Source: a virus. Taken from it: a stretch of 64,000 nucleotides of DNA. Positions within the stretch are counted from its first letter, which is position 1; the number at the start of each line of letters is the position of its first letter. Below the pieces are notes generated by a model. The model saw only the letters and a program-made list of their open reading frames with translations, searched no databases and had not been told where the DNA came from. The stretch is from the IMG/VR virus record IMGVR_UViG_3300005825_000044, positions 35,962 to 99,961 of that record; one strand, given 5' to 3'. Both the position numbers and the translations under genes were made by a program. Of this stretch, positions 59,526-64,000 are shown one piece after another.

Positions 59526-59801
59526 CTAACTCGACGTCGCGTCCAGCTCTGCGATCAGCGCGTCGGCATACCCGATCGAGCTTCTGACCAGCGTGCGGTT
59601 CGCCTGGTCCGGGCTGAGCTTCGCGAGGTCTCGCATCGTCGCGGGGTTCGCGAGCGAGCCCTTCATCGCGGCAGTCGCGACGCGCTCTCTGCGGGCCTCG
59701 CGCTCCGCGTCGCAGGCCGCGTGGCTCCGTCCGTGAACGGAGCACATGACGGGTACGCCGCTGTGGAAGAGGTCGCTGTTCTTCTCTGAGCACTTCTTCA
59801 C
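59526..59801 (-). CDS. Hypothetical protein
   Basis: GTGA overlap. Confidence 0.5.
   Translation of the reverse strand: MKKCSEKNSDLFHSGVPVMCSVHGRSHAACDAEREARRERVATAAMKGSLANPATMRDLAKLSPDQANRTLVRSSIGYADALIAELDATSS
59532..59584. repeat. 53-bp exact direct repeat, copy 2
   Basis: Forms the 3' end of ORF 59526..59801. Confidence 0.95.
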
Positions 59802-60706
59802 CGCGGTCCTCCTTTGTCGACGACGACGTACCCCATGCGCCTGTAGAGCGCGGCGTAGTGCGCGGGGTCGCTGAAGAAGTGCTGACCCCGTTCCCTGACG
59901 TGCGGGCCGGGGTCGCCCTCGGGGTACGGCGCCCCGCTCTCGTCGTGCGAGAAGTCGGCCCTCCACGCGATCGAGAAGTGACGTCGGCCGCGGTCATCGG
60001 GCTCGGTGAAGAACTCGAACCGCACGGTCCGGCACGGGGTGCAGAGCTTCCAGTGGCCGGTGTTGCTGCGCACCTCGGAGACTCCGGTGTCGCCGCAGAG
60101 GTCGCACCTCGCCGGGCTGCGGTGAAAGAGGTCGCGCAGCGCGGCCTCTGCCTCGGCGTCCTTTCGGAGTGCCGTCACACCGAGGCCGCCGCGGTTGAAG
60201 GACAGGGTGCCGCCGGGAAAGAACTGCACCGACTCTTGCCCGACGGTGTAGTACAGCTCTCTCACCGTGACGGGGAACAGCACGCGGTCGCCGTCGCCGA
60301 TGGATACCGCGCGGACCCCCACGTTGGCGGTGCCGCGGTTGTCGAACCAGACTCGGTCCGCGTTCGTGACTGCGGGACCGTTCACGTCCCAGCCCAGCGC
60401 GGAGCGCTCGACCGGGAACCTCTCGTAGCCGGGGCACGCGACCTCGAAGCGGCTCTGCGGGTCGCCGGGCTCCGGCGCGTAGAGGTGCAGGGCGACGCTG
60501 AGGTGCGCGGGGTCCCGCGCCACGGTGCGGCGCTGCAGCGCGCTCATGAACGCGTCGCGGGCACCGTCGACCTGGGTGGCCCCGTGCCGGATGCCGGCGG
60601 CGCACTCCGCGACGATGCGCAGGAAGTTGACCTCGGCGCTCCGGAGGTCGTCATCCGCCCGGACCGCGTCGAGTTCCGACTCAGAAAGCACGGCGCACCC
60701 CCTCAC
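59798..60706 (-). CDS. Protein with divergent phage structural (fibre-subunit-like) domain
   Basis: VALH...P.PGD....EVA..GYER..V.R...GW......TN...V.F resembles a common small virion protein family. Confidence 0.45.
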   Translation of the reverse strand: MRGCAVLSESELDAVRADDDLRSAEVNFLRIVAECAAGIRHGATQVDGARDAFMSALQRRTVARDPAHLSVALHLYAPEPGDPQSRFEVACPGYERFPVERSALGWDVNGPAVTNADRVWFDNRGTANVGVRAVSIGDGDRVLFPVTVRELYYTVGQESVQFFPGGTLSFNRGGLGVTALRKDAEAEAALRDLFHRSPARCDLCGDTGVSEVRSNTGHWKLCTPCRTVRFEFFTEPDDRGRRHFSIAWRADFSHDESGAPYPEGDPGPHVRERGQHFFSDPAHYAALYRRMGYVVVDKGGPR

Positions 60707-60739
60707 CGCAGCGTCGCGGGTTCGAGCCTGGGCGCTCGG

Positions 60740-61402
60740 CTATTCCCGGCCATCGGCGACGTTCTCCCTGGCGATCACCCAAAGCTCCGCATACTGCTCA
60801 TCACCGATCAGGTCTTTCACCAGGCTCTTGAACTCCTCGAGTTCTTTGTCGACTACAGAGGAGCGATGCTGCGCCTTCAGTTCGGTGAGCCGAACCTGAA
60901 TCGCCTGCGAACGCATGCCGAGCTTCTGCATCCGCTCCTGCAGTCGGCCGAACTTTTCACGGTCCATGTACTTCCCACGGATCGCCGCTTGCTTCGTGGC
61001 TTCCCGAAGCTTCGCCCTCACCTCCTGCCTCTCGGTGTCCACGTCGTGCTTCTCCGCGATCAGGCCAGCACGCTCCTTGTCGGTAGCGGATCCAGAAGCG
61101 TCGAGTCGCGCGACGGTCTTCGCCACGTCCAGGTTCGCGCGCTGCTGGCGCTCCGCCTTCTCTGCGGACAGCAGCTCTGCCACTGCCGGGGTGTAGCGAC
61201 CGGGGGCGCCCTCTGTGATGCGGTACTCGACCCCGTAGCCTTCAAACGCCTTATGCACGCCGGCCTTGGTAAACGGCGCATCCAGAACCGGAAGGTCGAC
61301 CTCGGCTCCATCGTCTGCAAAGAGCACGATGGCGTTTGGCTTCGTCGGAAACACCATGATCCGAATCGGCAGCGTCGCCGGGTCGAGCTTGGGCGCGCTC
61401 AC
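60740..61402 (-). CDS. Coiled-coil hypothetical protein
   Basis: GTGA overlap; starts MSAPKLD. Confidence 0.6.
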   Translation of the reverse strand: MSAPKLDPATLPIRIMVFPTKPNAIVLFADDGAEVDLPVLDAPFTKAGVHKAFEGYGVEYRITEGAPGRYTPAVAELLSAEKAERQQRANLDVAKTVARLDASGSATDKERAGLIAEKHDVDTERQEVRAKLREATKQAAIRGKYMDREKFGRLQERMQKLGMRSQAIQVRLTELKAQHRSSVVDKELEEFKSLVKDLIGDEQYAELWVIARENVADGRE

Positions 61403-61689
61403 TTGCCCGGCTCCGTGAAGTCGACCACGCCGAGGCGGTCGGCGATGCGGCACATCTGATTCGAGCCCGTGTCGTAGAAACCGCGGCACACGATGGCCTC
61501 TCCGGCAATGGTCCCTTTGTGACACAGGAAGTAGGTGCCCTTTCGTTGGCACTCGCGCAGGAGGCTCGCTCGTCGCCTGTCGCTGACGATCTTGCCATCG
61601 GACATCAAGCATTCTGCGCAACGCTTGCTCATGACGCGCAGCCGGCCGTTCACGACGGCATTGGTCGAGTCGAGCTTGGGCGCGGTCAT
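61399..61689 (-). CDS. Cys-rich hypothetical protein
   Basis: CAEC...FLCHKGT...VCRGFY; starts MTAPKLD. Confidence 0.65.
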   Translation of the reverse strand: MTAPKLDSTNAVVNGRLRVMSKRCAECLMSDGKIVSDRRRASLLRECQRKGTYFLCHKGTIAGEAIVCRGFYDTGSNQMCRIADRLGVVDFTEPGK

Positions 61690-62561
61690 TCGGCCTCCGT
61701 CGCGCGCAGCTCGGCGGCGAGGTCGAAGATCGCATGCCACCTGTTGGATGCGATCGCATCCAGCAACTCCCTCACCTTCTCTGGCGGGTAGCCGGACTCG
61801 GCGGGCGCGTCCTCTCTGACAGCGTCGACGATGTCCTTCGGCACCGGCGGTGGGTTGCGGATCAACTCACCGAGCGCTTCCCATTCGGCCGCGTTGAGAT
61901 GACCGGCGACCCTCTCGCGCGCGTCCCCTTTGAGCACGCCGCAGATGTTGCGGAGCGCTTCACGGATGCTGACGAGCGCTTCGTCTGGCTCTTGGCCGCA
62001 GCTCGCCGCAATGAACTCTCGCGCGGCTTGGATCACTTCTGCTCGCTGTGTCATTCGGTCTCCTCCAGTACTCCTGCGGGCCGCCGCGATCTTCTTGCGC
62101 GCGACCGCGAGGTCCTCCGCTACCTGCCCCGGCCAACTCTCCCGCGCGGCGTGTCCCGGCAGCGGCTCGCCCATCACGAGGGGCCAGAGGTGGTCGGCGA
62201 GAGCCATGGCCTCCGTGTTCAGCGGGGCCCGGAGCGCGGCGTCCAGCAGCGCGCAGAGGACCTCCGCACCGGTGCCCGGTTCGAGGCACTCCCCGGCCAC
62301 GTGCCGGGCCGCGACCTCCCGGCAGTGCGCGCGGTAGACCTGCTCGCCCTTGCCCCGGAGAGGACCGTCAGGACGGCACCGCATGAACGCTGGACTGGAG
62401 CCCGGCCCGGTCGCCCCGGCCCGTTGCAGCTCGGTCTCCGCGATCTCAATCCTGCGGAGCGCGTCGGCGACCTCGGACCCGGCCCCATCGGGGAGCGCGC
62501 GGAACGCGTGATCGATCGAAGAGCCGTCTCGGAAGATCATCTCGGTCTGCTGCTCGCTCAT
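61686..62561 (-). CDS. Hypothetical protein, apparently two in-frame genes (internal SD+ATG near 62054)
   Basis: ...RRSTGGDRMTQR: GGAGGAG lies 5 nt before the internal ATG. Confidence 0.55.
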   Translation of the reverse strand: MSEQQTEMIFRDGSSIDHAFRALPDGAGSEVADALRRIEIAETELQRAGATGPGSSPAFMRCRPDGPLRGKGEQVYRAHCREVAARHVAGECLEPGTGAEVLCALLDAALRAPLNTEAMALADHLWPLVMGEPLPGHAARESWPGQVAEDLAVARKKIAAARRSTGGDRMTQRAEVIQAAREFIAASCGQEPDEALVSIREALRNICGVLKGDARERVAGHLNAAEWEALGELIRNPPPVPKDIVDAVREDAPAESGYPPEKVRELLDAIASNRWHAIFDLAAELRATEAE

Positions 62562-62812
62562 CTGACCACGCTCCTTGCAGGCTCGTAGGAGCCCGGACAC
62601 CACCTGCCGTGACCGAACCACCCGCCACCGTCGCCACGCGGCTCACTGCCAAGCTCGGACGGTGGGAGGTGCCGGTACGGCGCCACCAGACCGCTACGGG
62701 ACCGCGCAGGAACCCTTCCGTTGACGATGCGGCCGCACCGCGCGCAGACGCACCTGGTGTGCGCGGCAGACAGCGCTCTCTCCGTACCCTCACCGCCGCT
62801 GTCTGGTGCCAT
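62558..62812 (-). CDS. Zn-ribbon hypothetical protein, probably leaderless
   Basis: C.CARCG...WCPGS; ATG 6 nt after the class-2 motif. Confidence 0.55.
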   Translation of the reverse strand: MAPDSGGEGTERALSAAHTRCVCARCGRIVNGRVPARSRSGLVAPYRHLPPSELGSEPRGDGGGWFGHGRWCPGSYEPARSVVR

Positions 62813-62818
62813 CAAGTG

Positions 62819-62847
62819 AACCCTTACCAACACTGCCCGGCGCGCGG
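62819..62847 (-). promoter_or_regulatory. Class-2 promoter-like motif CCGCGC-N13-GGTAAGGGTT
   Basis: Intergenic; positions counted by hand. Confidence 0.7.
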
Positions 62848-62857
62848 ACCGATGCCG

Positions 62858-63100
62858 TCAGCAGGACGTGCAGTACGCGACGTGGCCGCGCATCGTCAGC
62901 ATCACCAGCGTCAGGTGGTACCCGCCGAGCTTGTCCTGGAAGCGGACCTCGCTGCGGTACAGGTAGCCGCGTTCGATCAGAGACTCCACCGCACGGGACG
63001 TCGACTGGATGCCGCGGCTACCCGCAGCCTCGGCAGCGAAGACGCGGCCCAGCACGAGGATGTCGACCTTCGTCAGCCTCTCACGTTTCACACACACCAC
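62858..63100 (-). CDS. Small winged-helix-like protein
   Basis: SRAVESLIERGYL...LTMRG. Confidence 0.5.
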   Translation of the reverse strand: MVCVKRERLTKVDILVLGRVFAAEAAGSRGIQSTSRAVESLIERGYLYRSEVRFQDKLGGYHLTLVMLTMRGHVAYCTSC

Positions 63101-63524
63101 CGCTCTCGCGCCTCTTCCACTGGCGAAACGTGATCCCGCGTTCGGGGTTCTTCGCCAGCGCTTCTAACCAATCGTGCATCCCGATCGCTTGTGAGCGATC
63201 AACCGCGTCGCTGCGACGCTTGCACCCGTCCAGCTCGACCGCGACGCAGTCGATTATCAACTCGGCCAGCGCGCGGTGAGGTCCACTTATCGACAGCAGT
63301 ACGCGACCGCTCGGGAGGTGGTCGATGATCAGGTCACCGGGCGACGTCCTGATCGACCACGCTCCGTTCGAGTCGGTATACATGCAGTAATCGTCACAGA
63401 CCCGCAGCGCGAAGTCGCCCCTGCGCGCGCCGCGGTGCACGCGGGGTCCGTTGACGTACATCACCTCGTACTCGCACTCGGTCGGGTCACGCTCCGCTTC
63501 CGGAGTCTGACCACCGGCAGTCAC
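63081..63524 (-). CDS. Hypothetical protein
   Basis: GTGA overlap. Confidence 0.5.
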   Translation of the reverse strand: MTAGGQTPEAERDPTECEYEVMYVNGPRVHRGARRGDFALRVCDDYCMYTDSNGAWSIRTSPGDLIIDHLPSGRVLLSISGPHRALAELIIDCVAVELDGCKRRSDAVDRSQAIGMHDWLEALAKNPERGITFRQWKRRESGGVCET

Positions 63525-63706
63525 GCGACCCTCGTGTAGGTCCGGATGAAGATCTGCTCGCCGGGCCTCGGCTGCGTGGCCCCGTACGCCGTCAGGCACT
63601 CCTCGCAGACGTTGTACCACCGCTCGCTGTTGTTCGAGCTGCGCTCCTTGTGAGCACTGGTCTCGCACCGGCAGCGCGGACACCAGATCAGGAACACGCA
63701 CGTCAC
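63521..63706 (-). CDS. Small Zn-ribbon protein
   Basis: WCPRC...VCEEC. Confidence 0.5.
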   Translation of the reverse strand: MTCVFLIWCPRCRCETSAHKERSSNNSERWYNVCEECLTAYGATQPRPGEQIFIRTYTRVA

Positions 63707-63834
63707 GGCGCGTGTCTCCTCGAGGGGACACGCTGCAGCACGGCACGGACCAGCACCCACCACGTCGACGGTGGGTGCTGCATCAGCACGAACACGACCT
63801 CGTCGACCGGGATCCCGAATGGGTGGAAGTGCAT
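63703..63834 (-). CDS. 43-aa hydrophobic peptide
   Basis: SD AAGGAG; MHFHPFGIPVDEVVFVLMQHPPSTWWVLVRAVLQRVPSRRHAP. Confidence 0.45.
   Translation of the reverse strand: MHFHPFGIPVDEVVFVLMQHPPSTWWVLVRAVLQRVPSRRHAP
63712..63731. repeat. Palindrome family copy 11 (GTGTCTCCTCGAGGGGACAC)
   Basis: 19/20 match; in the last codons of the 43-aa ORF. Confidence 0.93.
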
Positions 63835-64000
63835 CGCGCCAAGCTCTCCTTACGGCAATACGTACCGCGGGCGTACGCTGCACGGACAGTGAGGATCCGC
63901 TGCCACCTGCTTGAGCCCACCGACGTCGGCGCAGTCAGCCTGCGGAGGTTCGGCGGCGCGTGTGCTCTGCCGCACGGCTACCACAACGCGGAGGTCGGCA

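Noticed and set aside
59261-59584. Diversity-generating retroelement TR/VR pair
   Set aside because: The copies are identical (no adenine-specific mismatches) and no reverse transcriptase is present.
10364-63731. CRISPR array or integron attC interpretation of the 20-bp palindromes
   Set aside because: Copies are kilobases apart with no regular spacers, no cas or integrase gene is in the window, and the RYYYAAC/GTTRRRY cores are absent.
1-64000. tRNA, rRNA, integrase, DNA polymerase or primase genes
   Set aside because: None recognised by eye; they may lie outside the window. tRNAscan-SE would be needed to exclude tRNAs.

Overview
High-GC (about 70% by eye) tailed-phage genome segment (contractile-tail myovirus type), with almost all genes on the minus strand. 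In transcription order (right to left): small accessory genes (60-64 kb); terS candidate and terL carrying a class-3 LAGLIDADG intein (55.7-59.1 kb); a 39-55 kb accessory/nucleotide-metabolism block (orphan HicB-HTH, multidomain sigma70-family factor, SleB-like hydrolase, nucleotidyltransferase, HerA-like ATPase, UDG-like, NDT-like, ThyX); fibre genes and a lysis cassette (28-39 kb); an early block driven by repeated sigma70-like promoter cassettes (19-28 kb); portal, head morphogenesis protein, HNH-AP2 endonuclease, protease, scaffold-like proteins, capsid, neck, sheath, T4 gp19-like tube, frameshifting chaperone and tape measure (1-18.5 kb, cut by the window edge). The least-explained signal is a three-layer non-coding regulatory code read directly from the DNA: 12 dispersed copies of a 20-bp palindrome GTGTCYCCTCGAGGRGACAC, mostly at gene or domain junctions; five TGGACA-N17-TATAGT promoter cassettes; and a second bipartite motif CCGCGS-N13-GGTANNGGTT lying 5-6 nt before leaderless ATGs, with a partial copy before a candidate structured RNA. 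All product calls come from motif recognition by eye; no database searches were run. The host is not determined.
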